A stretch of 64,000 nt of DNA, from assembly GCA_965228735.1 (NCBI GenBank), contig OZ245838.1, positions 5,376,001-5,440,000 on the forward strand. Reading direction: 5' to 3'. The stretch comes from Planctomycetota bacterium (GTDB lineage: Bacteria; Planctomycetota; UBA1135; UBA2386). Below the pieces are notes generated by a model. It was given only the letters and a program-made list of their open reading frames with translations, was not told the origin of the DNA and searched no databases. Positions 51,700 through 62,184 of this stretch are shown piece by piece. Each line of letters opens with the position of its first letter. Position 1 is the first letter of the stretch. Made by a program: the position numbers and the translations under genes.

Positions 51700-52912
51700 A
51701 GCTGGTGCTTTGGTTGTGCTGACCGGGGCTCAGGCCCCGGCGGCTTCGCGACTCCCGGACCGCTGGTCGGTTGTTGGTGGGCAGGAGAGGAGCCCCCAAT
51801 CCTGCCGCCACGCCAATAGCTCCGCGACGGCCAGCCGTCGCGGGCAGAGTCCCAGCGCGACGGCCGGTGTGAGTCCTGAAGCGTCGTCCCTGTGCCGTCG
51901 CCGGTGCCAGTTGCGGTAGGCGACGAAGATCTCGAGCTGCAGACGGAGCATCCGAGCACTCTTGCTCACGAGCCAGGACCGACCATCCAGCCTGCCGTTG
52001 TGCTCGCGCAGCATGCGCTTGGTCAGTTGAACTGCGAAGAGTGGGTTGGGCGCTGTGCGCGGCAGCTTCGGGGCCGCCGCCTCGTGCCGGACCTGGGGCC
52101 CGAAACGACGCCTGCACTGACTCCCGTACGTCGGCTTCTTGTCGGTGATCAGAGTCGCGTGCTGGCCCCGAAGCAGGTGCTCGAGCCGCGCGAGAACGCG
52201 CCGAACACAGTCCTTGCCGCGGTCCACGCGCCGACCGTGTCGAGCCTCACGCCGCTCGAAGCGCCGGCGTTGCCGGCTGCCCTGCTCGGGGGTTCGCCGA
52301 ATCGGCGCCACGTCGCAGACGAGCATCAGCTTGCTCGCGTGCTCCACGGCGACCCCGACGGTCAAGCGCGAGGTGGGGTGCTGCTCGAACGTCTCGAGCT
52401 CGTCCATGACGATCGCGACTCCGGCGGGGATCTGCCTCAGCAAGTTGCGGTTCAGACAACGCATCTGGCGCCCGAGTTTCCGAAACTTGCGCTGCACGGC
52501 ACCCGAGCTCAGTTCCAGGATCTCACCGGCCTGGCGCAGTCCACACCCGCTCACGAGCAACATGAAGAGCCGCGCGTTCGTTTCGGGTCGTCGGTCGCGG
52601 TAGTCCATGCGAAACGTCTGGCGCGAGAAACTCCGCCTGCACCGTCGGCACGAGAAACGGGGAACCGGCTCAGGGCGACAGCGCGCCCGGTAGCTGCCGC
52701 GGCGTAGATAGAATCTGCCCTCGGGACGGCGGAACGCCACGCAAGCCCGGTTGGGACAGCGCGGCGGCACGAAGTCGTTCTGCGACACGGTCGATCTCCC
52801 CGAGGTCGCCAACCGACCCCGCAACCGTGTAGTGCGCCGCTTTCGCCAGTGGTTACATCGGTGCACAGTCAAGGCACCAGCTGGCGGTGCACAGTCAAGG
52901 CACCAGCTGGCG
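51700..52912 (-). mobile_element. IS1/IS1595-like insertion element bounded by imperfect 20-bp inverted ends
   Basis: Left AGCTGGTGCTTTGGTTGTGC versus reverse complement of right end AGCTGGTGCCTTGACTGTGC (17/20); right end present twice in tandem; encloses the transposase-like ORF. Confidence 0.75.
51730..52788 (-). CDS. IS1-family-like transposase (zinc ribbon + HTH + RNase H-like core)
   Basis: CPNRAC...CRRC zinc ribbon, GLRQAGEILELS HTH, MDELET and ITDKKPTY acidic motifs, TPAVALGL tail; GGGAG RBS before GTG 52788. Confidence 0.8.
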   Translation of the reverse strand: MSQNDFVPPRCPNRACVAFRRPEGRFYLRRGSYRARCRPEPVPRFSCRRCRRSFSRQTFRMDYRDRRPETNARLFMLLVSGCGLRQAGEILELSSGAVQRKFRKLGRQMRCLNRNLLRQIPAGVAIVMDELETFEQHPTSRLTVGVAVEHASKLMLVCDVAPIRRTPEQGSRQRRRFERREARHGRRVDRGKDCVRRVLARLEHLLRGQHATLITDKKPTYGSQCRRRFGPQVRHEAAAPKLPRTAPNPLFAVQLTKRMLREHNGRLDGRSWLVSKSARMLRLQLEIFVAYRNWHRRRHRDDASGLTPAVALGLCPRRLAVAELLAWRQDWGLLSCPPTTDQRSGSREAAGA

Positions 52913-52964
52913 TGGAGCGCGCGCGGGCCGGGCGGTTCCGTCGGGGTCGCGCCGACCGCCTGGC

Positions 52965-53366
52965 CTACGCGTCGCGCTGCACGCGGTCGCCGACCCCGCC
53001 GGCGGGCGTTCGATACCCCGCCAGTGCTCGGCGCCCCTTTCTGGTGCCATGCAACTCGCTGCGGACGCCGTCGAGACCGGCGTGAATGCCGTGCTCGAGA
53101 CGCCCACGCGCGGCGACAGCGGCCTCGCGGAGCTGGCGTTCGTCGTCGTCGTCGGCCTCGGGCGGCTGCAGGCGTTCGAGGTGCTGGTCCACGATGGCCA
53201 GCAGGCCGGCGACCCGTTCGAGGTCGCCGCGCGTGAGGGCGTCGTAGCCCTGGTCCCAGCAGGCCGTCAGTTCCTGCAGGATGTGCGCGGTCGCGGACTG
53301 GGTCGTTGACCCCGCGGTCGACACTTTGGCTGGGCCGGCGTGCGGCTCAGTTGGGAGCGATGCCAT
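52965..53366 (-). CDS. Hypothetical flagellar chaperone-like protein (FliT/FlgN position)
   Basis: Helical 133 aa directly downstream of fliS; C-terminal RALAGY motif. Confidence 0.55.
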   Translation of the reverse strand: MASLPTEPHAGPAKVSTAGSTTQSATAHILQELTACWDQGYDALTRGDLERVAGLLAIVDQHLERLQPPEADDDDERQLREAAVAARGRLEHGIHAGLDGVRSELHGTRKGRRALAGYRTPAGGVGDRVQRDA

Positions 53367-53727
53367 CCCAGCCTTCCTTGAGCGTGCGCATCACGCGCAG
53401 CGCGTTCTGGATCCCCTCCGGGGTGCGCTGCAGGTTGGCCTGGCTCAGCTGGTCGAGCGTGTATTCGTAGAGGCGATCGAGGTCGCGCGCGATGTCGCCG
53501 CCGGCCGCGTGATCGAGGCTGGCGCGGAGCTCGCCGACGATGCCGATCGCGCGGCTCATGTCTTCGCCGACGGCCGCGGAGTGGGCCTGGCCCTTGTCCT
53601 CGAGCGCGATGCGGCACTTCTCGAGGCTCTTGATCGCGCCGTCGTAGAGCATCACGACGAGCTTCTCGGGGGATGCGGTCATCACCGCGTTGCGTTGGTA
53701 CGTAGCGGCTGCTTGTGCGTAGGACAC
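53347..53727 (-). CDS. fliS: Flagellin export chaperone FliS
   Basis: Y....VMTASPEKLVVMLYDGAI, ELRASLD...GG.IA..L..LY.Y, LKEGW. Confidence 0.95.
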   Translation of the reverse strand: MSYAQAAATYQRNAVMTASPEKLVVMLYDGAIKSLEKCRIALEDKGQAHSAAVGEDMSRAIGIVGELRASLDHAAGGDIARDLDRLYEYTLDQLSQANLQRTPEGIQNALRVMRTLKEGWDGIAPN

Positions 53728-53801
53728 TGGGCTCTCTCCTTTGCCTGGGTGTTGCCCCGGGGGGGCGGTTGGGCAGCGGGCGCTGCCGGTTGGGTAGTTC
53801 G

Positions 53802-55163
53802 TTACTGCTGAATCTGGGGGATCGCCGAGAGCGAGCTGCCCTGGCCTTGGAGGCGTGCGAGCATGCTCTCGAGATTGGCGTAGCGCTTCTCCAGCTGCGT
53901 TTCGTAGAGCTCGAGGCGGCGCTCCGCCTGTTCGATGCGGTTGTTCGCGTCCCTGATCCGGGAGTCGAAGCCGTCGAGGCGCGCCTTGATCAGGCCGTCG
54001 ATCGAGTCCGTGTAGACCTTGATCTGGTCCTCGAGCAGCGCCGACAGGCCGTTCTCCGTATCGGTGAAGATCGCTGCGACCGCGGTCTCGTCCTCGGAAA
54101 GGGCCTCCTCGAGCTCCGTGCGGGTGAACGTGAGCTTGCCGTCGCGGTCGGACGAGATGCCGATCTGCGACAGCATCTGGAACGCCTCGTTGCCGGTGCC
54201 TGCGACGACGCCGCCGACGATGCCGCGCAGCGTGGAGCGCATCGATCGCAGGGTCGGGTCGCCGAAGAGATCGCTCTGGGCTTCGCCGTCCTCGCTGACG
54301 ACGCTCTGGGCCGCGAAGAAGTCGACGACTGCGTTGTAGGCCTCGACGAACTCCTCGACCTTGCCGCTGATCTCCTCGGCGTCGGTGCTGACCGACACGG
54401 TGACTTCGTCGGGGGTATTGACCGACTTGAGGTCGAGGGTCACGCCCGCGATTGCACCGCTGATGGAGTTCGTGGAGCGGTAGATGTCGACGCCGTTGAG
54501 CTTGATGTGCGCGTTCTCGGCGTCGGTCTGGTTGGTCGTGACCTCGTTGATCAGATCGGTGAACTGAGTGGCTCCGGTCAGCCCGCTGATCGAGAACGCG
54601 TTGTCCGTGCCGGTCTCCGTGGAGCGCAGGACGAGCTGATACGGATCCGTCGGCGATCCGGTGTCGACGACTTCGGCCCGCACCGTCGAGCCCTTGGCGT
54701 TGATCGCGTCGGCGATTCCCTGCATCGTCGGGTCGCTGACCGAGATGAGCAGCTGTTCACCGTCGATGTTGAGGATGAACTCGCCGTAGCCGCCGAGGCT
54801 CTCGGTCGCCGACGCCCTGCCGTTGCTGTGATTCAGCTGGGCTCGAGCGAGTTCCAGGACCTCGACGCGGTGACTGCCCGGCGCCGCCCCGCTGCTCGCG
54901 GAGGCCGTGAGCACGTCCTCGTCGTCCGAGCTGGCGGCCATCGCGAGGAACTGATTCGTCGTCTTGAGCTTCTTCGCGGCCGATGACAGCTTGTCGAGCA
55001 GGCCGTCGAGGTCGCCGAACAGCGACTTCTGCTTGCTGAGCGAATTCTTCTTGAGCTCGAGCTGGGTGATCGGGCGTTGTTCGATCGCCAGCAGGGCCGA
55101 GATGATCGCCTGCGTATCGAGGCCGGAGGCGAGGCCTCCGAATGAGATTCCAGCGCTGGACAT
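53802..55163 (-). CDS. fliD: Flagellar filament cap protein FliD
   Basis: GLASGLDT..II..L, V..LA.AQ, I.GVTLDL, FV.AYN, L.GD, LSQIGI, YANLE. Confidence 0.95.
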   Translation of the reverse strand: MSSAGISFGGLASGLDTQAIISALLAIEQRPITQLELKKNSLSKQKSLFGDLDGLLDKLSSAAKKLKTTNQFLAMAASSDDEDVLTASASSGAAPGSHRVEVLELARAQLNHSNGRASATESLGGYGEFILNIDGEQLLISVSDPTMQGIADAINAKGSTVRAEVVDTGSPTDPYQLVLRSTETGTDNAFSISGLTGATQFTDLINEVTTNQTDAENAHIKLNGVDIYRSTNSISGAIAGVTLDLKSVNTPDEVTVSVSTDAEEISGKVEEFVEAYNAVVDFFAAQSVVSEDGEAQSDLFGDPTLRSMRSTLRGIVGGVVAGTGNEAFQMLSQIGISSDRDGKLTFTRTELEEALSEDETAVAAIFTDTENGLSALLEDQIKVYTDSIDGLIKARLDGFDSRIRDANNRIEQAERRLELYETQLEKRYANLESMLARLQGQGSSLSAIPQIQQ

Positions 55164-55176
55164 TGGACTGCTCGAA

Positions 55177-55204
55177 TTATCGGTGCGCGGGCCGCGCCAC
55201 TTGA
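55177..55204 (-). promoter_or_regulatory. Sigma-28 promoter of fliD-fliS
   Basis: TCAAG-N15-ACCGATAA, 13 bp upstream of the ATG. Confidence 0.65.
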
Positions 55205-55360
55205 CCTCCGTCCGGCGAGGTCGCGTCGCACGGGTGTCGCAGAATTCAACATGCGGGCACAGCCCGAAGGCTGCGCCCGCATGGGCCCTTTGCTGTAGTG
55301 GTTGGTGGCCTCAGCGCCGTGACATCAGCGTCGGGCGTCTGCGCTCCGCCGCCTGATCCA

Positions 55361-56188
55361 CTAGCCGATCAGCGCGAGCGCCGACTGCGGCAGCGCGTTG
55401 GACTGCGCGAGGACCGAGATGCTGGCCTGCTGCAGGATCGAGTTGCGCGTCAGCTGGGCGGTCTCGTACGCCACGTCGACGTCGCGGATCCGCGACTCGG
55501 CAGCGCTGAGGTTCTCGACCGTGATCGCGAGGTTGTTGATCGTGCTGCCGAGGCGGTTCTGGGCCGCACCCAGCGAGCCGCGCAGCGAGCTGATCGTGTT
55601 GATCGCCGTGTCGATGTTGGTGATCGCCGTCGTCGTCGCGCCGCCGGAGCCGATGTCGAGCGACTGCAGCGACAGGCTCGTGCTCAGCGCGGCACTCAGC
55701 GATACGGCGATGGTGTCGATCCCGTCCGTGGTGCCGAAGCCGACCTGGAACGACACCGAGCTCGACGAGCCGTCGAGCAGCTTGATGCCCGAGAACTCGG
55801 TCGAGCGGCCGATGCGGTTGACCTCGTTGACGAGGCTCTGGAACTCCTCGTCCAGGGTTTCCTTGTCCTGGTTGCTGACCGAGCCGTTGCTCGACTGCAC
55901 CGCGAGCTCGCGCAGGCGCGTCAGGATCGAGCTGACTTCGTTCAGCGCGCCCTCGGCGGTCTGCACCAGCGAGATGCCGTCGTTGGCGTTGCGCTTGGCT
56001 TGATCGAGCGACCGGATCTGCGAGCGCAGACGCTCGGAGATCGCGAGGCCGGCGGCGTCGTCCGCGGCGGTCGAGATGCGAAGACCCGTCGAGAGCCGGC
56101 GGAAGTTGCCCGACAGCTTCTCGTTGACGGTTGAAAGATTGCGCTGCGCATTGATCGACGCGGCGTTCGTGTTGACCCGAAGTCCCAT
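55361..56188 (-). CDS. fliC: Flagellin (275 aa), copy 1
   Basis: [52 protein letters not shown]. Confidence 0.96.
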   Translation of the reverse strand: MGLRVNTNAASINAQRNLSTVNEKLSGNFRRLSTGLRISTAADDAAGLAISERLRSQIRSLDQAKRNANDGISLVQTAEGALNEVSSILTRLRELAVQSSNGSVSNQDKETLDEEFQSLVNEVNRIGRSTEFSGIKLLDGSSSSVSFQVGFGTTDGIDTIAVSLSAALSTSLSLQSLDIGSGGATTTAITNIDTAINTISSLRGSLGAAQNRLGSTINNLAITVENLSAAESRIRDVDVAYETAQLTRNSILQQASISVLAQSNALPQSALALIG

Positions 56189-56548
56189 TCCTCTCCCCTG
56201 TTGTGTGGCTTGCTGGTGTGCGCGGCGGTTGTTCCTGGGCGCGTGATGAGAATCGGCACACGAACCCCCGATCACTGAAGCCGAACGCGGGGTTTTTGGA
56301 CGCAGTGTCGTGAATGTCGGCGGTCGACGCGGTGGCACGGGGGAATCCTGACGTGCCATCCCTGGTGGCCGGCCGCGGATCTTGCGCGCGAACTTGCCCC
56401 CGTTCACCCGTTCGCGGTCACCCAGGCAGGTGCCGAGCCTCGGGTTGCGCGCTCACCGCGTGACTTTGCGCGTTGCGAGCGGGACGCGGTTGCGCCTGCC
56501 GATCGGGTGTCGACAATCCTCATCGTGTTCCGAGAACCGAAGTCGCTC

Positions 56549-58249
56549 GTGCGGGCTGTGCTCGCGTCCTTGATCTGCATCGCGCTGGCCGGCGTCGCGC
56601 TTGCCCAGAAGCCCGCGGACCTCGTGCTTCGCGGCGGTCGGATCGTGACGGTCGACGACCGGCTCGGGACGGTCAGTGCCCTCGCTGCGCGTGGGGGGCG
56701 TATTCTCGCGGTCGGCTCGGACGAGGAGATCGGGCGCCTCATCGGGCCGCAGACGCGGGTGATCGACCTCGGCGGCAAGACGGCGGTCCCGGGCTTCATC
56801 GAGGGCCATGCCCATTTCACCGGCATGGGCGACGCCATGCAGATCCTCGACCTGAGCAAGGTCGACAATTGGGACGAGGTCGTCGACATGGTCGCGGACG
56901 CCGTGAAGCAGGCGGCACCGGGCGAGTGGATCCGGGGGCGCGGCTGGCATCAGGAGAAGTGGAGCAAGCGACCGGCCGGCAACGTCAAGGGCTTCCCGAC
57001 GCACGAGTCCATGAGCGCGGTGACGCCCGACAACCCGGTCGCGCTGACGCACGCGAGCGGGCACGCCGCGTTCTTCAACGCCAAGGCCATGGAGATCGCC
57101 GGGGTGACGGATGCGACCAAGGACCCGGATGGCGGCGAGATCCTCAAGAACGAGAAGGGTGAGCCCATCGGTGTCTTCTCGGAGACCGCGTCCTACCTGG
57201 TGTCGCGGCATCAGCGCGGGCGCCAGCTGCGACAGACGCCGGCGCAGCGGCGGGCTGCCGTGCGCACCCGCATCGAGTTGGCGGTTGCCGAGTGCCTGCG
57301 CAAGGGCGTCACGAGTTTTCAGGATGCCGGCAGCAGCTTCGCCGAGGTCGATCTGTTTCGCGAGATGGCGGAGGCCGGAGAGCTCGGCGTGCGACTCTGG
57401 GTCATGATCCGCACATCCAATCAGCAGCTCGAACGCCGGCTGTCCGACTACCGCATGGTCGGGGTCGGCGACGGCTTTCTGACCGTGCGGGCCCTGAAGC
57501 GGAGCATCGATGGCGCGCTCGGTTCGCGTGGCGCGTGGCTGCTCGAGCCGTACTCCGACGCGCCGCAGAGCGCCGGGCTCGAGACTGCATCGGTCGCGAG
57601 CGTCGCGCGAATGGCCGAGCTCGGTCTGGCGCACGATTTCCAGGTCTGCGTGCACGCGATCGGGGATCGCGCCAACCGGGAGGTGCTCGACATCTACGAG
57701 TCGGTCTGGGGCGACGCGGCCCGCGGGCGCGACCTGCGGTGGCGGATCGAGCACGCGCAGCACCTGCATCCCGACGACGTGCCGCGGTTCGGGAAGCTCG
57801 GGGTGATCGCCTCGATGCAGGGCGTGCACTGCACCTCGGACGCGCCCTACGTCATTCCTCGCCTGGGCGAAGAGCGCGCCGAGAACGGCGCCTATGTCTG
57901 GCAGGACCTCATCCGGTCTGGTGCCGTCGTGACGAACGGCACCGACGCACCCGTCGAGGACGTCGATCCGATCGCCTCGTTCCACGCGTCGGTGACGCGT
58001 CAGACCAGGAGCGGTGCGCGATTCTATCCCGAGCAGTCGATGAGCCGGATGCAGGCGCTGCGGTCGTACACGCTGGATTGCGCCTACGCCGCGTTCGAGG
58101 ACGACGTGAAGGGCTCGCTGACGCCCGGCAAGTACGCGGACATCGTCGTGCTGTCGCAGGACATCCTGACCGTGCCCGAGGACCAGATCCTGGATACGAC
58201 CGTGGTCCACACGATCGTCGGCGGCAAGGTCGTGTTCTCCGACGAGTGA
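56549..58249 (+). CDS. Secreted amidohydrolase (Amidohydro_3, YtcJ/NfdA-like)
   Basis: PGFIEGHAH, DGALGSRGA, HAIGDRAN, RIEHAQ, GTDAPV, GKYADIVV; start uncertain (56507 or 56549). Confidence 0.9.
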   Translation: MRAVLASLICIALAGVALAQKPADLVLRGGRIVTVDDRLGTVSALAARGGRILAVGSDEEIGRLIGPQTRVIDLGGKTAVPGFIEGHAHFTGMGDAMQILDLSKVDNWDEVVDMVADAVKQAAPGEWIRGRGWHQEKWSKRPAGNVKGFPTHESMSAVTPDNPVALTHASGHAAFFNAKAMEIAGVTDATKDPDGGEILKNEKGEPIGVFSETASYLVSRHQRGRQLRQTPAQRRAAVRTRIELAVAECLRKGVTSFQDAGSSFAEVDLFREMAEAGELGVRLWVMIRTSNQQLERRLSDYRMVGVGDGFLTVRALKRSIDGALGSRGAWLLEPYSDAPQSAGLETASVASVARMAELGLAHDFQVCVHAIGDRANREVLDIYESVWGDAARGRDLRWRIEHAQHLHPDDVPRFGKLGVIASMQGVHCTSDAPYVIPRLGEERAENGAYVWQDLIRSGAVVTNGTDAPVEDVDPIASFHASVTRQTRSGARFYPEQSMSRMQALRSYTLDCAYAAFEDDVKGSLTPGKYADIVVLSQDILTVPEDQILDTTVVHTIVGGKVVFSDE

Positions 58250-58250
58250 T

Positions 58251-58320
58251 CGTCGTGCCCCGGTCGTCATGCCCCGGCCGTTGTGCGTCGGCCGTCGTGC
58301 CCCGTTCGTCGAGCCCGGTC
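58251..58320. repeat. About 5 x 14-bp degenerate tandem repeat (CGTCGTGCCCCGGY-like)
   Basis: Units at 58251, 58265, 58279, 58293 and 58306, just after the amidohydrolase stop. Confidence 0.6.
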
Positions 58321-58471
58321 GAGGAGACTGCGCCGAACGAGAACGGCGGCGACGCGCCTTCGTGAGGAGCGCCGCCGCCGTCATGATCCGCCGTTTGGCC
58401 AGATGGCTGCGTGGGTCGGATCACGCCGCCGCTCGAACGCGAGTGGCGGGTGACCCGATCATGTCGCGGCC

Positions 58472-59299
58472 TTAGCCGAGCAGCTGCAGCGCACTCTGCG
58501 GCTGGGCGTTGGCCTGACCCAGGATCGAGATCGCGGCCTGCTGCAGGATGTTGTTGCGGGTCAGCTCCGCCGTCTCGCGCGCCACGTCGACGTCGCGGAT
58601 CCGCGACTCGGCAGCGCTGAGGTTCTCGGTCTGGATCGCGAGGTTGTTGATCGTGCTGCCGAGGCGGTTCTGGATCGCGCCGAGCGAGCCGCGCAGGCCG
58701 CTGATCGTGTTGATCGCCGAGTCGATGCTCGTGATGGCGGTCGTGGTCGCGCCACCCGACCCGATGTCGAGTGACTGGAGCGACAACGACGTGCTGAGCG
58801 CCGCGCTGAGCGTGACCGAGAGCGTGTCGATGTCCGTCGTCGTGCCGAGGCCGACCTGGAAGGTGACGGAGCTCGACGACCCATCCAGCAGCTTGATGCC
58901 GTTGAACTCGGTCGAGCGGCCGATGCGGTTGACCTCGTTGACGAGGCTCTGGAACTCCTCATCCAGCGTGTTCTTGTCCTGGTTGCTGACCGAGCCGTTG
59001 CTCGACTGAATGGCCAGCTCGCGCAGCCGAATGAGGATCGAGCTGACTTCGTTGAGCGCGCCTTCCGCGGTTTGAACGAGCGAGACGCCATCGTTCGCGT
59101 TGCGCTTGCCCTGCTCGAGCGAGCGGACCTGGGAGCGCAGGCGCTCCGAGATCGCGAGGCCGGCGGCGTCATCCGCAGCCGTGGAGATACGCAGGCCCGT
59201 CGACAGACGACGGTAGCTCGTGCCGAGGCGCGAGGAGACCGAGGACAGGTTCCGCTGCGCGTTGATGGAAGCGACGTTGGTGTTGACTCTGAGACCCAT
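58472..59299 (-). CDS. fliC: Flagellin (275 aa), copy 2
   Basis: Same N- and C-terminal flagellin motifs as copy 1. Confidence 0.96.
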   Translation of the reverse strand: MGLRVNTNVASINAQRNLSSVSSRLGTSYRRLSTGLRISTAADDAAGLAISERLRSQVRSLEQGKRNANDGVSLVQTAEGALNEVSSILIRLRELAIQSSNGSVSNQDKNTLDEEFQSLVNEVNRIGRSTEFNGIKLLDGSSSSVTFQVGLGTTTDIDTLSVTLSAALSTSLSLQSLDIGSGGATTTAITSIDSAINTISGLRGSLGAIQNRLGSTINNLAIQTENLSAAESRIRDVDVARETAELTRNNILQQAAISILGQANAQPQSALQLLG

Positions 59300-59354
59300 G
59301 ATTCCCTGGTGCTGGTTGCTGAGACTCGGCGGACCGAGTGATGTGACGCTGGCA

Positions 59355-59381
59355 TCCTCGGTCGGATTGGTGACGTCTTGA
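59355..59381 (-). promoter_or_regulatory. Putative sigma-28 promoter of flagellin 2
   Basis: TCAAG-N14-ACCGAGGA. Confidence 0.5.
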
Positions 59382-59447
59382 GCGGTCGGGAGCTCGCCCG
59401 AGCCGAAACCGCCGAATTCCTCGTCGCTCGTCGCGATGGTCGGCAGG

Positions 59448-59462
59448 GCGATCGCGGTGCCA
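59448..59462 (-). promoter_or_regulatory. Putative sigma-54 (-24/-12) promoter upstream of flagellin 2
   Basis: TGGCACCGCGATCGC, GG-N10-GC spacing. Confidence 0.35.
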
Positions 59463-59530
59463 AGGCAGGTGCCGCTTCTGCACCGCTCCACATTTTCTTT
59501 CTGCGCCGAGTGTTGCGAGTTCCGACACGA

Positions 59531-59587
59531 AGCTGGTGCTTTGGTTGTGCAGGCCGCTTCGGCCGCCATGCACACTCGAGGCACCAG
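59531..59587. mobile_element. MITE/REPIN-like miniature: two inverted IS-end motifs around a hairpin
   Basis: 59531-59550 is identical to 51700-51719; right arm GCACACTCGAGGCACCAG; core GGCCG-CTT-CGGCC. Confidence 0.8.
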
Positions 59588-59716
59588 AATGGGGGGCAGC
59601 GGCGCCGTCCGTCCGGTCCGACCGGAAACGAAACGAGCGGCGACCCGGCCTGGCCGGATCGCCGCTCGTGACGAGTGTGGGGGGTGTGGCGGTGGGGCCG
59701 CCTATGGCGGGGTGGC

Positions 59717-60544
59717 TTACCCGAGCAGCTGCAGGGCGGCCTGCGGTTGCTGGTTGGCCTGGGCCAGGATCGAGATGCTGGCCTGCTGCATGATGTTGTT
59801 GCGGGTCAGCTGTGCGGTTTCGCGGGCGACGTCGACGTCGCGGATCCGGGATTCGGCCGCGCTGAGGTTCTCGACCTGCACTGCGAGGTTGTTGATCGTG
59901 CTGCCGAGGCGGTTCTGGATGGCGCCCAGAGAGCCGCGCAGCGAGCTGACGGTGTTGATCGCCGCGTCGATGTTGGTGATCGCCGTGGTCGTCACGCCGC
60001 CCGAGCCGATATCGAGCGATTGCAGCGCCAGCGAGGTGCTGAGCGCGGCTTCGAGCGAGACCGCCAGGGTGTCGATGTTGCTCGTCGTGCCGAGCCCCAC
60101 CTGGAACGTGACGGAGCTCGAGGAGCCGTCCAGGAGCTTGACACCGTTGAACTCGGTCGAGCGGCCGATGCGGTTGACCTCGTTGATGAGGCTCTGGAAC
60201 TCCTCGTCCAGCGTGTTCTTGTCCTGGTTGCTGACCGAGCCGTTGCTCGACTGGATGGCCAGTTCGCGCAGCCGGATCAGGATCGAGCTGACCTCGTTGA
60301 GTGCGCCTTCGGCCGTCTGCACGAGCGAGATGCCGTCATTGGCGTTGCGCTTGCTCTGCTCGAGCGAGCGGACCTGGGAGCGCAGTCGCTCGGAGATGGC
60401 GAGGCCCGCCGCGTCGTCGGCTGCGGTCGAGATGCGCAGGCCGGTCGAGAGCCGGCGGAAATTCGTTCCGAGGCGCCCGGAGACCGTTGCGAGGTTCCGC
60501 TGCGCGTTGATGGAAGCGACGTTGGTGTTGACTCTGAGACCCAT
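59717..60544 (-). CDS. fliC: Flagellin (275 aa), copy 3
   Basis: Same flagellin motifs as copies 1 and 2. Confidence 0.96.
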   Translation of the reverse strand: MGLRVNTNVASINAQRNLATVSGRLGTNFRRLSTGLRISTAADDAAGLAISERLRSQVRSLEQSKRNANDGISLVQTAEGALNEVSSILIRLRELAIQSSNGSVSNQDKNTLDEEFQSLINEVNRIGRSTEFNGVKLLDGSSSSVTFQVGLGTTSNIDTLAVSLEAALSTSLALQSLDIGSGGVTTTAITNIDAAINTVSSLRGSLGAIQNRLGSTINNLAVQVENLSAAESRIRDVDVARETAQLTRNNIMQQASISILAQANQQPQAALQLLG

Positions 60545-60597
60545 GATTCCCCGTTGATCCTCCTTGCTTGCCCTCGTTCTGGGGCGTGCTGGTTCAT

Positions 60598-60624
60598 GTT
60601 CCGGCGCGGGCCGTCGCGCCTTGA
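60598..60624 (-). promoter_or_regulatory. Putative sigma-28 promoter of flagellin 3
   Basis: TCAAG-N14-GCCGGAAC. Confidence 0.5.
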
Positions 60625-60762
60625 GTCGGTCCATAGCCGGGAATCGGAAAAGTGGCCAAAAGGTCGACGGGTCGATTGCCGAAAAGGCCCATGGCAACGC
60701 GCCTCACCGTCGGTTTGCGAAACAGCGGCCGACTGCGGCGATTCGAGACACAAGGTCGGCAC

Positions 60763-62180
<1,418 letters not shown>

Positions 62181-62184
<4 letters not shown>

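Noticed and set aside
51700..52912. Classical 8-9 bp target-site duplication for the IS-like element
   Set aside because: None found; only the palindromic AGCT borders both ends, and it cannot be distinguished from part of the inverted repeat
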